From contig JANQMZ010000007.1 of NCBI GenBank assembly GCA_028279805.1, positions 60,001 to 92,000 on the forward strand: a DNA stretch of 32,000 nucleotides, given 5' to 3'. Shown here piece by piece: positions 18,290-25,477 of this stretch. Source of the DNA: an archaeon (lineage in GTDB: Archaea > Iainarchaeota > Iainarchaeia > Iainarchaeales > JANQMZ01). The notes under the pieces are model-generated. The model was not told the origin of the DNA, ran no database searches, and saw only the letters and a list, made by a program, of their open reading frames with translations. The translations under genes and the position numbers were made by a program. How positions within the stretch are numbered: the first letter of the stretch is position 1; every line of letters starts with the position of its first letter.

Positions 18290-19261
18290 ATGGTTTTAAA
18301 TGCAGCTGTTGTTGGCGTTGGAAACATGGGAAAAAACCATGCCCGTGTTTACTCCGATTTAAAAGAAACAAAGCTTGTTGCCGTATGTGATAAAAACAAA
18401 AATGCGAAAAAAATTGCCGCGCAATATAAGGCTGAATATTTTTTAGATTTTGAAAAAATGATTCAAAATGAAAATATTGACCTGGTTTCGGTTGCGGTTC
18501 CCACTTTTAAACATAAAGATGTTGTTCTGCCTTTTTTAAAACAAAAAATTCCCGTGCTTCTGGAAAAACCTCTTGCTTTAAATTTAAAAGAAGCCAAAAC
18601 AATTATTTCAAAAGCGAAAAAATACAAAACAAAGTTAATGATCGGGCATATTGAAAGATTTAATCCTGCAATTATTGAATTAAAAAAACAATTGCAGAAA
18701 AAAGTTTTGGATGATGTTTATGCAATTGACATTAACAGGAGAAGCCCTTTTCCTAAAACCATTACTGATGTTGGCGTAACAATTGATTTGGCTGTTCATG
18801 ATCTGGATATTATTTTACAGTTAACAAATTCAAAAGTTAAAAAAATTAAAGCTGAAACTCACACATGGTTTCATTCAACTGATGAGGATATTATGCGTGC
18901 TTTAATAAAATTTAAAAACGGAATGATTGCATCTTTGAATATTGACTGGGTCACTCCTACAAAAATGAGAGAAATTAATGTTACCGGCCATAAAGGAATG
19001 CTTAAAGCTGATTATATTACACAGGAATTGACTTTTTATAAAAACAATTATCCTGTTATTGACAAAACTTATTCTGAAATGATTAAAGGAGTTATTGCAG
19101 GCCCTGTAAAAAAAATTAATGTAAAAAAACAGGAACCTTTAAGGAATGAAATTCTTGCAATGGCAGATTTTGTTAAAAAAGGCAAAAATCCTGTAACTGC
19201 AACCGATTCCTTAAAAGCATTAGAACTTGCATTTGACATATTAAAAACAGCCAAAAAATAA
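18290..19261 (+). CDS. Gfo/Idh/MocA-family NAD-dependent sugar oxidoreductase, WbpB-like
   Basis: 323-aa ORF. AVVGVGNMGKNHARVY (Rossmann), LLEKPLALNLKEA (EKP motif) and GHIERFNPA are present. Confidence 0.85.
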   Translation: MVLNAAVVGVGNMGKNHARVYSDLKETKLVAVCDKNKNAKKIAAQYKAEYFLDFEKMIQNENIDLVSVAVPTFKHKDVVLPFLKQKIPVLLEKPLALNLKEAKTIISKAKKYKTKLMIGHIERFNPAIIELKKQLQKKVLDDVYAIDINRRSPFPKTITDVGVTIDLAVHDLDIILQLTNSKVKKIKAETHTWFHSTDEDIMRALIKFKNGMIASLNIDWVTPTKMREINVTGHKGMLKADYITQELTFYKNNYPVIDKTYSEMIKGVIAGPVKKINVKKQEPLRNEILAMADFVKKGKNPVTATDSLKALELAFDILKTAKK

Positions 19262-19398
19262 TGCAAAAACCTGTGCTTTCAAGAACGCAAATACTGTTCA
19301 GAATCCACGTTTGCAGCCCGAACGACATTTTTTGCGAGCACAGGCGAGCAAGCACTGCCACCGGCGTGCGTTTGCAGTCTGAACACAGGCTTTTTGCA
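19262..19398. ncRNA. Candidate structured RNA / 3'-UTR element (GC-rich, long-range stem); strand and identity unknown
   Basis: 5' TGCAAAAACCTGTG (19262-19275) pairs with CACAGG-C-TTTTTGCA (19384-19398), giving 14 bp with one bulged C. There is an inner 8-bp pairing of TGTTCAGA (19295-19302) with TCTGAACA (19378-19385), and a small hairpin CAC-T-GCC ACC GGC GTG (19353-19368). A direct repeat CGTTTGCAG[C/T]C[C/T]GAAC occurs at 19308-19323 and 19369-19384. The local G+C is clearly above the surroundings. Confidence 0.35.
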
Positions 19399-19406
19399 CC
19401 AAAATC

Positions 19407-19420
19407 TTTTTATATAAAAA
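19407..19420. promoter_or_regulatory. Perfectly palindromic TATA-like element TTTTTATATAAAAA
   Basis: It lies 57-70 nt upstream of the RHH gene ATG (19477). Being symmetric, it could also fire leftward into the GC-rich element. Confidence 0.35.
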
Positions 19421-19445
19421 AGCAGGCTATTTCTACTGTAATTGC

Positions 19446-19459
19446 CTTGTAATTACAAG
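19446..19459. promoter_or_regulatory. Perfect 14-nt palindrome CTTGTAATTACAAG, candidate operator for the adjacent RHH protein
   Basis: Read directly. It ends 17 nt before the RHH ATG. A further TGTAATT half-site at 19437-19443 lies 11 nt upstream of the TGTAATT at 19448-19454. Confidence 0.4.
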
Positions 19460-19476
19460 CTTAAAGGTTTTTTTTT

Positions 19477-19665
19477 ATGTCAAAAGAAAAAGTAACGATT
19501 TCAATCCCAAAACATCTTTATAATGAAATAAAGAAAGAAATTGAAAATACCGGCTTTTCTTCACCTTCTGAGTGGATTAAATATGTTTTAAGACAGGCTC
19601 TGGCTGGCGCTAAAAAAAGCAATAATGCCATTATTTCTTTTCCATATCTTGGTGAATCGGATTAA
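19477..19665 (+). CDS. Ribbon-helix-helix (CopG/NikR-N-like) DNA-binding protein
   Basis: 62-aa ORF. KVTISIPKHLYNEIKKEIENTGFSSPSEWIKYVLRQAL fits the beta-strand / helix / helix RHH pattern. Confidence 0.7.
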   Translation: MSKEKVTISIPKHLYNEIKKEIENTGFSSPSEWIKYVLRQALAGAKKSNNAIISFPYLGESD

Positions 19666-19678
19666 AACAGGTGTTTAA

Positions 19679-21469
19679 ATGTCTCAAAAAGTTGCGGTTA
19701 TCGGTATTGACGGAGCCAAGCCTGAAACAATTGAAAGACTGATGAAAAAAGGGCTTTTGCCTAATCTGAGCAATTTGAAAGATTCCGGAACATATGGCCA
19801 TTTACAGACAATTCATGCTTCCCAGACTCCTATTGCCTGGTCAAGCATTATGACAGGCCTTGATATCGGCAAACACGGCGTTTATGATTATCTTATCAGA
19901 GACCCAAAATCTATGCAGTTAAAATTTGGAATGAATGATGAAAGATTCACTCCAAAAGGAACAGAATATGTAAATTTAAGAAAAGGAAAACCTGTTTGGG
20001 AAATTTTAGGAGAAAATGAAAAAAAAGGAATCAGTTTGTTTGTTCCGATGGCTTTTCCGGCTAAAAATTTTAACGGTTTTATTGTTGCAGGAATGGGAAT
20101 TCCTGACTTAAGAGGAGCGCAGGGCGTCCCTGCAATTTATTCAAATGAATCTGATTTTGAAGAAAAAGAAGATTTTTATAAATTAAACTTTTCAGATAAC
20201 AAAACAGTTTCAAAAATTTTTGCATCAAAAGATTTAAGCAAAGAATTTGAAATTGAAATTCTTGAAAATAAAATTTCAATAAAAATTGAAAATGTTAATG
20301 AAATAATTTTAAAACAAAATGAATGGAGTGAATGGATTGAAACTTTTTTTGAACAGGATGACAAAAAAATTGAATCTTTTTTCAGATTCAAATTATTAAA
20401 ATTTAGTAATTCTGAAATAAGATTATATTTGTCTCCTGTAATGTATTCGCCAAAGCAAAATTTTATTCCGGTTGTTCAGCCCAAGGAACTAGGAAAAGAA
20501 TTGATTGAAAATGCCGGAATGTTTAAAGCATTAAGTTTTGAATCTGATGTTTATGGCTTAAAGCAAAAAATAATTGATGAAGAAACATGGATTGAGGACA
20601 TGAAATATACTTTTGATAAAAGAATTCAGGTTTCTGATTATTTGTTAAAAAACAAGCCCTGGAATTTTTTCATGGCTGACTATATGCCTGTTGACCGTGT
20701 CCAGCATTTGTTCTGGAGAGCGATTGACAAAAAACATCCTTTGCATGATGAAAGCAAACAATATGAAAATACTATTGATGAAGTTTATGCTTTTACTGAC
20801 CAAAAAATAGGTGAATTGTTAAAAAATTTTACCCAGGATGACCTGGTTTTTGTTGTTTCAGACCATGGTTTTTGCAGTTACAGAAAAAATGTTGAATTGA
20901 ACAAAATTTTAATGGAAAAAGGTTATCTGCATTTAAAGGATGAAAAAAAATCAGAATCTTTGAATGATATTGACTGGTCCAAAACAAAGGCATATGCTTT
21001 GGGTTTTGGGGCGATTTACATCAATTTGCAGGGCAGAGAGCTTTATGGTGTTGTGGAACAAAAAGACTATGATTTAATGCGGGAGCAAATAATTGAAGAT
21101 TTAACAGGTTTTTCTTTTCAAAACGAACTTGTTTTGAAAAATGTGTTAAAAAGAGAAGAAGCTTTTTCCGGAGGCTCACTTGAAGAATCACCTGACCTGG
21201 TTCCCTTGTATGCTGACGGTTTCCGTTCAGGCTCGGATTCAACTTTGGGCAAAGTTTCGTCAAAAGAAATTGTTCATGATAATTTAAGCAAATGGTCTGC
21301 TGACCATGTGGGCCCGTTTGATTTTTCTGACAATTTCGGAATTATTTTCTCTAACCAGCAGATTAATGTTTCAAATGCAAGTGTTTTTGACATTGCAGTT
21401 TCTTCACTGGATTTTTTTAATCTGAAAAAAGAAAATGAAATGGTGGGAAAATCTTTGCTTTTGAGGTGA
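19679..21469 (+). CDS. Alkaline-phosphatase-superfamily protein, type I phosphodiesterase/nucleotide pyrophosphatase-like (AlkP1)
   Basis: 596-aa ORF. VAVIGIDGAKPETIERLMKKGLLPNL sits at the extreme N-terminus, so there is no signal peptide. Nucleophile region SQTPIAWSSIMTG. Motifs DRVQHLFW and VVSDHGF. AGGTG Shine-Dalgarno sequence. Confidence 0.8.
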   Translation: MSQKVAVIGIDGAKPETIERLMKKGLLPNLSNLKDSGTYGHLQTIHASQTPIAWSSIMTGLDIGKHGVYDYLIRDPKSMQLKFGMNDERFTPKGTEYVNLRKGKPVWEILGENEKKGISLFVPMAFPAKNFNGFIVAGMGIPDLRGAQGVPAIYSNESDFEEKEDFYKLNFSDNKTVSKIFASKDLSKEFEIEILENKISIKIENVNEIILKQNEWSEWIETFFEQDDKKIESFFRFKLLKFSNSEIRLYLSPVMYSPKQNFIPVVQPKELGKELIENAGMFKALSFESDVYGLKQKIIDEETWIEDMKYTFDKRIQVSDYLLKNKPWNFFMADYMPVDRVQHLFWRAIDKKHPLHDESKQYENTIDEVYAFTDQKIGELLKNFTQDDLVFVVSDHGFCSYRKNVELNKILMEKGYLHLKDEKKSESLNDIDWSKTKAYALGFGAIYINLQGRELYGVVEQKDYDLMREQIIEDLTGFSFQNELVLKNVLKREEAFSGGSLEESPDLVPLYADGFRSGSDSTLGKVSSKEIVHDNLSKWSADHVGPFDFSDNFGIIFSNQQINVSNASVFDIAVSSLDFFNLKKENEMVGKSLLLR

Positions 21470-21473
21470 ACAA

Positions 21474-21593
21474 ATGGTTAAAAAAAATTTAAAAAACAAA
21501 AATAAAAAAAATTCAAAAACAAAAAAGAAAAACAATAAAGAAAAAGCTAATGACATTGTTGAAAGGAGATTAAAAGCATTTGGCTATATTTAG
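21474..21593 (+). CDS. 39-aa Lys/Asn-rich micro-protein ending RLKAFGYI (not in the supplied ORF track)
   Basis: ATG at 21474 lies 4 nt after GAGGTGA (21463-21469), which also contains the AlkP1 stop. Translation: MVKKNLKNKNKKNSKTKKKNNKEKANDIVERRLKAFGYI. Its TAG stop overlaps the AGGAGGT Shine-Dalgarno sequence of the next gene. Its C-terminus matches the C-termini of the proteins at 28441-30042 and 30129-31496. Confidence 0.55.
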   Translation: MVKKNLKNKNKKNSKTKKKNNKEKANDIVERRLKAFGYI

Positions 21594-21607
21594 GAGGTTG
21601 ATAAAAA

Positions 21608-22678
21608 ATGCATTTTTATGAGTCAACAATAATTGTTTCAAAAGACGGTTTGCAGGTGAAAAGTTATGCAAACGAACACCCGGAGGGATATGTTATTGCA
21701 AAACCAAAATATATTCCCACAACAAAAATCAAATCCGAGGAATTGCCTTTAAGGCCTTTGCTTGGAGAAGAAGTTAACCGGTTTGATTACTGGATCAGTG
21801 ATGAAGGGTTAAAAGACTATGTTTCAAAATTTAAAGAAACATATCCTGAATATTATTATGAATCCGATTTGTATAACACCTGGTTTTTTGTTATTCCAAA
21901 AAACCGGATAAAGGATGCTCCGGACGGGCGAGCTGGTGTTAAAAAAATTGTTAACATGGGTGAAGATGAAATGGATGAATATTTGTCCTTAACCCAGAAA
22001 TTTTTAAACCTGTTACATGATTCCGGTTTGTCGTATGATGATATGGGTGTAACCAATTCCACTTTACTGGGAACTTATACTTACGGGCGTTCGGACATTG
22101 ACATGATAATTTACGGAAAACAAAATTACTGGGACATAATGGAATACATGAAAGATGCAAAACACGAGCTTTTAAGATGGAGAAATCTGGATGAATGGAA
22201 AAAATATTATGCCACTTACAATGCAGGCTTAAATTTTAATGAAAAAGAATTCATCTGGCAGGCCCAAAGAAAGACAGCTGACGGCTTATTTGACAAAACA
22301 GTGTTTTCCATTTTTGGAGTTGAAGAACCCGGAGAACAATATGTCAAATGGGGGGAAGAAAAATGCACGCCTCTTGGCCTGGCTACAATTGAAGGTGTTG
22401 TGGAAAACAATTTCCATGCAGCTGTAAGGCCCGGTTATTATGAATTAAAAAATTCAAAAGTTATTGACGGCCCGAACCAAAAAGTTGACCTGGTTGTGAC
22501 ATATGCAAGAGATTTTATGTTACAGGCTTTTAATGGTGAAACAATTCAGGCACGAGGATTGCTTGAAAAAGTTGAATCTTTAAACGGAAAAAAAGATGAT
22601 TATTACAGGCTGGCCATTGGCTACTTTGATTCTTATCTGACAAGAAAAGGAGAAGAATTCATAAAAGTAAAACATTAG
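21608..22678 (+). CDS. Predicted Pol-beta-superfamily nucleotidyltransferase (archaeal COG1665-like), function unknown
   Basis: 356-aa ORF with a strong AGGAGGT Shine-Dalgarno sequence (21592-21598). The NTase signature is LLGTYTYGRSDIDMIIYG (G[ST]...D-x-D). The N-terminal block STIIVSKDGLQVKSYANEHPEGYVIAKPKYIP resembles, from memory only, the archaeal 'predicted nucleotidyltransferase' family. Confidence 0.5.
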   Translation: MHFYESTIIVSKDGLQVKSYANEHPEGYVIAKPKYIPTTKIKSEELPLRPLLGEEVNRFDYWISDEGLKDYVSKFKETYPEYYYESDLYNTWFFVIPKNRIKDAPDGRAGVKKIVNMGEDEMDEYLSLTQKFLNLLHDSGLSYDDMGVTNSTLLGTYTYGRSDIDMIIYGKQNYWDIMEYMKDAKHELLRWRNLDEWKKYYATYNAGLNFNEKEFIWQAQRKTADGLFDKTVFSIFGVEEPGEQYVKWGEEKCTPLGLATIEGVVENNFHAAVRPGYYELKNSKVIDGPNQKVDLVVTYARDFMLQAFNGETIQARGLLEKVESLNGKKDDYYRLAIGYFDSYLTRKGEEFIKVKH

Positions 22679-22686
22679 GTAAAAAC

Positions 22687-24060
22687 ATGGCAAAAGAAAA
22701 AAATGTTTTTGAATGGTATCTGGACACAATAAAAAAATCAAATTTTATTGATTTGACTTTGACGCCCGGATTAAATGTGTACATGCAAAACTCCTACAAA
22801 ATATGGGAAATAATAAAAGAACATTTGAATGAAGAATTGTCTTTTCTTGGTTTTGAAAATGTTTACTTTCCCATGTTCATTCCTTTAAACCTTTTCAAAA
22901 AACAAAAACATCATTTCAGGGTTTTTGAAAGCGAGTTAACCCATGTAAAAACTCCCAAGTCAAAAAATAAAACAATTCCATTAGTTGTTCGGCCCACATC
23001 AGAAGCAATAATGTATGATTCTTTTTCAAACTGGATTGAATCACATCATGATCTGCCTTTGCTTGTAAACCAGTTTTGTTCAGTTGTCCGCTGGGAAACA
23101 AGAAAAGACAATGTTCCCTTAATCAGAGGAAACGAATTTTTATGGCAGGAAAGCCATTCTGTTCATTCAAACCAAAAAGAAACAGAGTGGTTTGTTAAAA
23201 AATTGTTAAACGTTTATGATGATCTGATTCAAGGTTACCTGGCTTTGCCTACAATTAAGGGCCTAAAACCGGGGCATAGAAAATTTCCCGGAGCTGTTTA
23301 CACGCTTGCACTGGAATCTTTAATGCCTGACGGGAAGGCAATTCAAATGGCAACATCTCATTATTTAGGCAAAAATTTTTCAAAACCCCAAAAAGTCAGT
23401 TTTAAGGACAAAAAAGGCAGAAAAGAGCAGGCTTTTCAGGCTTCAAACGGCTGCACCACCCGCCTGATTGGAGCAATGTTAATGTTTCATGGTGATGACA
23501 AAGGTTTTGTTCTGCCTCCCAAAGTTGCAGACAGGCAGATTGTTTTTGTGCAAAAACCTCCTCAAAATTTAATTCAGTCTTTGATTACAAAAGGAATAAG
23601 GGCAAAATTTGATGCACGAAAAAATTTATCAGTAAAGGAAAAAATTGATGATGCTGTTTTAAACGGAGTTCCCTTAATTGTTTCCTTAAAAAAAGGAAAA
23701 TTAAAAGTTTTAATTCGTGACAAGCTTTCTGAAGAAATTGTTTCAAAAAATAATTTTGCTTTTTTTGCAAAAGGACAGCTTACTTTAATGCAGAAAAGAT
23801 TGTTTTCAAAAGCTTCAGATTTTTTAAAAAAACACACTTTTAATGTTAAAGATAAGGAAAAATTTGAAAATATTTTGTCAAACAACAAAGGACTTGCTCT
23901 GGCAAACTGGTGCGCTACAAAAAGTTGTGCTAAAAATATTAAAAATAAAACATCTGGTTCTTTAAGAATTGTTAAAAAAGAATTCAAAAACAAAAAACAA
24001 AAATGTATTTATTGCAGCAAGCCGGCAAAATTTCAGGCTTATTTTTCTGAAGCTTATTAA
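22687..24060 (+). CDS. proS: Prolyl-tRNA synthetase, archaeal/eukaryotic-type (class IIa)
   Basis: 457-aa ORF. VRPTSEAIMY, NEFLWQESHS and GCTTRLIGAMLMFHGDDKGFVLPP are present. The C-terminal Cys-containing domain (CIYCSKPAKFQAYFSEAY) ends in the invariant terminal Tyr. Confidence 0.9.
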   Translation: MAKEKNVFEWYLDTIKKSNFIDLTLTPGLNVYMQNSYKIWEIIKEHLNEELSFLGFENVYFPMFIPLNLFKKQKHHFRVFESELTHVKTPKSKNKTIPLVVRPTSEAIMYDSFSNWIESHHDLPLLVNQFCSVVRWETRKDNVPLIRGNEFLWQESHSVHSNQKETEWFVKKLLNVYDDLIQGYLALPTIKGLKPGHRKFPGAVYTLALESLMPDGKAIQMATSHYLGKNFSKPQKVSFKDKKGRKEQAFQASNGCTTRLIGAMLMFHGDDKGFVLPPKVADRQIVFVQKPPQNLIQSLITKGIRAKFDARKNLSVKEKIDDAVLNGVPLIVSLKKGKLKVLIRDKLSEEIVSKNNFAFFAKGQLTLMQKRLFSKASDFLKKHTFNVKDKEKFENILSNNKGLALANWCATKSCAKNIKNKTSGSLRIVKKEFKNKKQKCIYCSKPAKFQAYFSEAY

Positions 24061-24070
24061 GGTGTTTTTT

Positions 24071-25477
24071 ATGGCAAGAATTTTTGTTTTGGGTTTGGAT
24101 GGTGCGGCACCGGAACTTGTTTTTAAAAAATGGAGAAAACATTTGCCTAACATTTCAGAATTAATGCAGCAAGGCTCTTATTGCACAACCGATTCAACAA
24201 TTCCTCCGTCAACAATTATTGCATGGAATTCTTTTTGTTCCGGTTATGATGCGGGACAGCTTGGAGTATATGCTTATACCAAGCGGGGTAAAAAAAGCCT
24301 GGATGATAAAATTTTTGTCAATTCAACTCATGTTAAAAAACCGTTAATCTGGGATGTTTTGTCAAAAAAGGGCAAAAAATGCAACGTAATACATGTTCCT
24401 TTGACTTATCCTGTGCGCAAAATTAATGGCAGAATGGTTTCAGGTTTTTTGACTCCCGGACTTGAATTTGAATCAGTTTATCCAAAATCTTTTAAAAAAG
24501 AAATTAAAAAAATTTCAAAAAATTACATGTTTGATGTTGGGGAATTTTTGTCCTATAAAAGCATGAATCCGAAAAAACTTTTGGAAAAAGTTTATCAGAT
24601 GACTGAAATGAATTTCAAATTAATAAAAAAACTTGTGTTAAAAAAAGACTGGGATTTTTTTATGTCGGTAATCATCGGCACTGACAGGCTTAATCATTTA
24701 TTTTGGCATTATTTTGACCAGAAACATGTTTTATTCAAAAAAGGCTCCCGTTATAAAAATGCTTTAAGGGATTATTTCAAATTTGTTGATAAAAACCTTG
24801 GAAAAATAAGAAAAATTTTGCCAAAAGACACTGTTCTGGTTGTTGCATCTGACCATGGAATGGACCGAATGGATGCAAAAATAAATGTAAATGACTGGTT
24901 AATAAAAAAAGGTTATCTTGTTTTAAAAAAAGATTTTGCTCAGAAAGCAAAAAAAGGCCCGGTTAAAATAAAACTTTCAGGAATAGATTTTTCAAAAACA
25001 AAAGCTTACAGTATAGGAAGTTATCAGGCAAGAATTTATATTAATCTGAAAGGAAGGGATAACGAGGGAGTTGTTTTAAAAAAAGATTTTAATAAAATAC
25101 GCAGAGAACTTGAAGAAAAACTGTCAAAAATAAGGGGAATAAAGGGCCAAAAACTTAATACAAAGTTTTTCAAACCTGAACAAGTGTATAAAAAATTTGA
25201 TTCTGAAGCTCCTGATTTGATTGTTTATTTTGACAATCTTATTTATGGTTCCAATGATGAAGTGGGAAACAGGTCATTATATTCAATGGAAACAGTTGTG
25301 GGAAAAACAATGGCCGGACATGCTCCCAAAGGCATTTTTGTAATTCATGGCCCAAATATCAAAAAAAGGGGTTTTATTGGTGAAAAAAATATTTTAAACG
25401 TGGCTCCGACGTTTTATAAAATTTTAAAAATTAAAAAGCCTAAAGGCTTGCAGGCAAAAAATTTGGATATTTTTTAA
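24071..25477 (+). CDS. Alkaline-phosphatase-superfamily protein, type I phosphodiesterase/nucleotide pyrophosphatase-like (AlkP2)
   Basis: The track start at 23969 runs through the proS 3' end. The ATG at 24071 is preceded by AAGGTG and gives MARIFVLGLDGAAPELV. Nucleophile region PPSTIIAWNSFCSG. Motifs DRLNHLFW and VASDHGM. Confidence 0.8.
   Translation: MARIFVLGLDGAAPELVFKKWRKHLPNISELMQQGSYCTTDSTIPPSTIIAWNSFCSGYDAGQLGVYAYTKRGKKSLDDKIFVNSTHVKKPLIWDVLSKKGKKCNVIHVPLTYPVRKINGRMVSGFLTPGLEFESVYPKSFKKEIKKISKNYMFDVGEFLSYKSMNPKKLLEKVYQMTEMNFKLIKKLVLKKDWDFFMSVIIGTDRLNHLFWHYFDQKHVLFKKGSRYKNALRDYFKFVDKNLGKIRKILPKDTVLVVASDHGMDRMDAKINVNDWLIKKGYLVLKKDFAQKAKKGPVKIKLSGIDFSKTKAYSIGSYQARIYINLKGRDNEGVVLKKDFNKIRRELEEKLSKIRGIKGQKLNTKFFKPEQVYKKFDSEAPDLIVYFDNLIYGSNDEVGNRSLYSMETVVGKTMAGHAPKGIFVIHGPNIKKRGFIGEKNILNVAPTFYKILKIKKPKGLQAKNLDIF

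Noticed and set aside
19308-19384. Possible mini-CRISPR: two copies of CGTTTGCAG-YCY-GAAC separated by 45 nt
   Set aside because: There are only two copies. The repeat is only 16 nt with two mismatches, which is shorter than known CRISPR repeats. There are no cas genes and no leader. The copies take part in the larger pairing scheme instead.
19262-19400. tRNA or C/D-box sRNA in the GC-rich element
   Set aside because: GTTCAGAATCC superficially resembles a T-loop, but there are no complementary 5-bp T-stem arms, no acceptor stem and no anticodon arm on either strand. No RUGAUGA C box accompanies the CUGA.
19173-19452. Track ORFs 19261-19452 (+, 63 aa) and 19173-19361 (-, 62 aa) in the GC-rich spacer
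   Set aside because: Their composition (Arg/Cys/His/Gln-rich) is unlike every credible protein in the window. Neither has a Shine-Dalgarno sequence or a TATA element in a suitable position. The minus-strand ORF runs into the 3' end of the WbpB-like gene. The region is better explained by RNA structure or a non-coding relic.
21462-21476. Programmed +1 frameshift or sequencing indel joining AlkP1 to the micro-ORF (the Shine-Dalgarno-like GAGGTGA next to a UGA recalls the prfB frameshift site)
   Set aside because: The tail frame is closed by a TGA at 21462-21464, so a shift would have to occur within about 3 nt. AGG-to-GGU re-pairing is unfavourable. The ATG at 21474 has ideal Shine-Dalgarno spacing for independent initiation. 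I leave this as a check in the corresponding finding rather than as a claim.
12656-24060. Functional link between the FemAB-like transferase (a possible aminoacyl-tRNA user) and the nearby prolyl-tRNA synthetase
   Set aside because: The two genes are on opposite strands, about 9 kb apart and in different operons. The proS looks like a normal housekeeping copy. Nothing in the sequence supports a link.
23969-24070. N-terminal extensions in track ORFs: 23969 for AlkP2, 8503 for the CE4-like protein, 12696 for the large CE4-like protein, and the TTG at 16576 for the WbpD-like protein
   Set aside because: The extensions overlap the preceding gene or add low-complexity residues in front of a conserved N-terminal motif. 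Downstream ATGs (24071, 8572, 12645, 16594) have a Shine-Dalgarno-like or TATA-like context.
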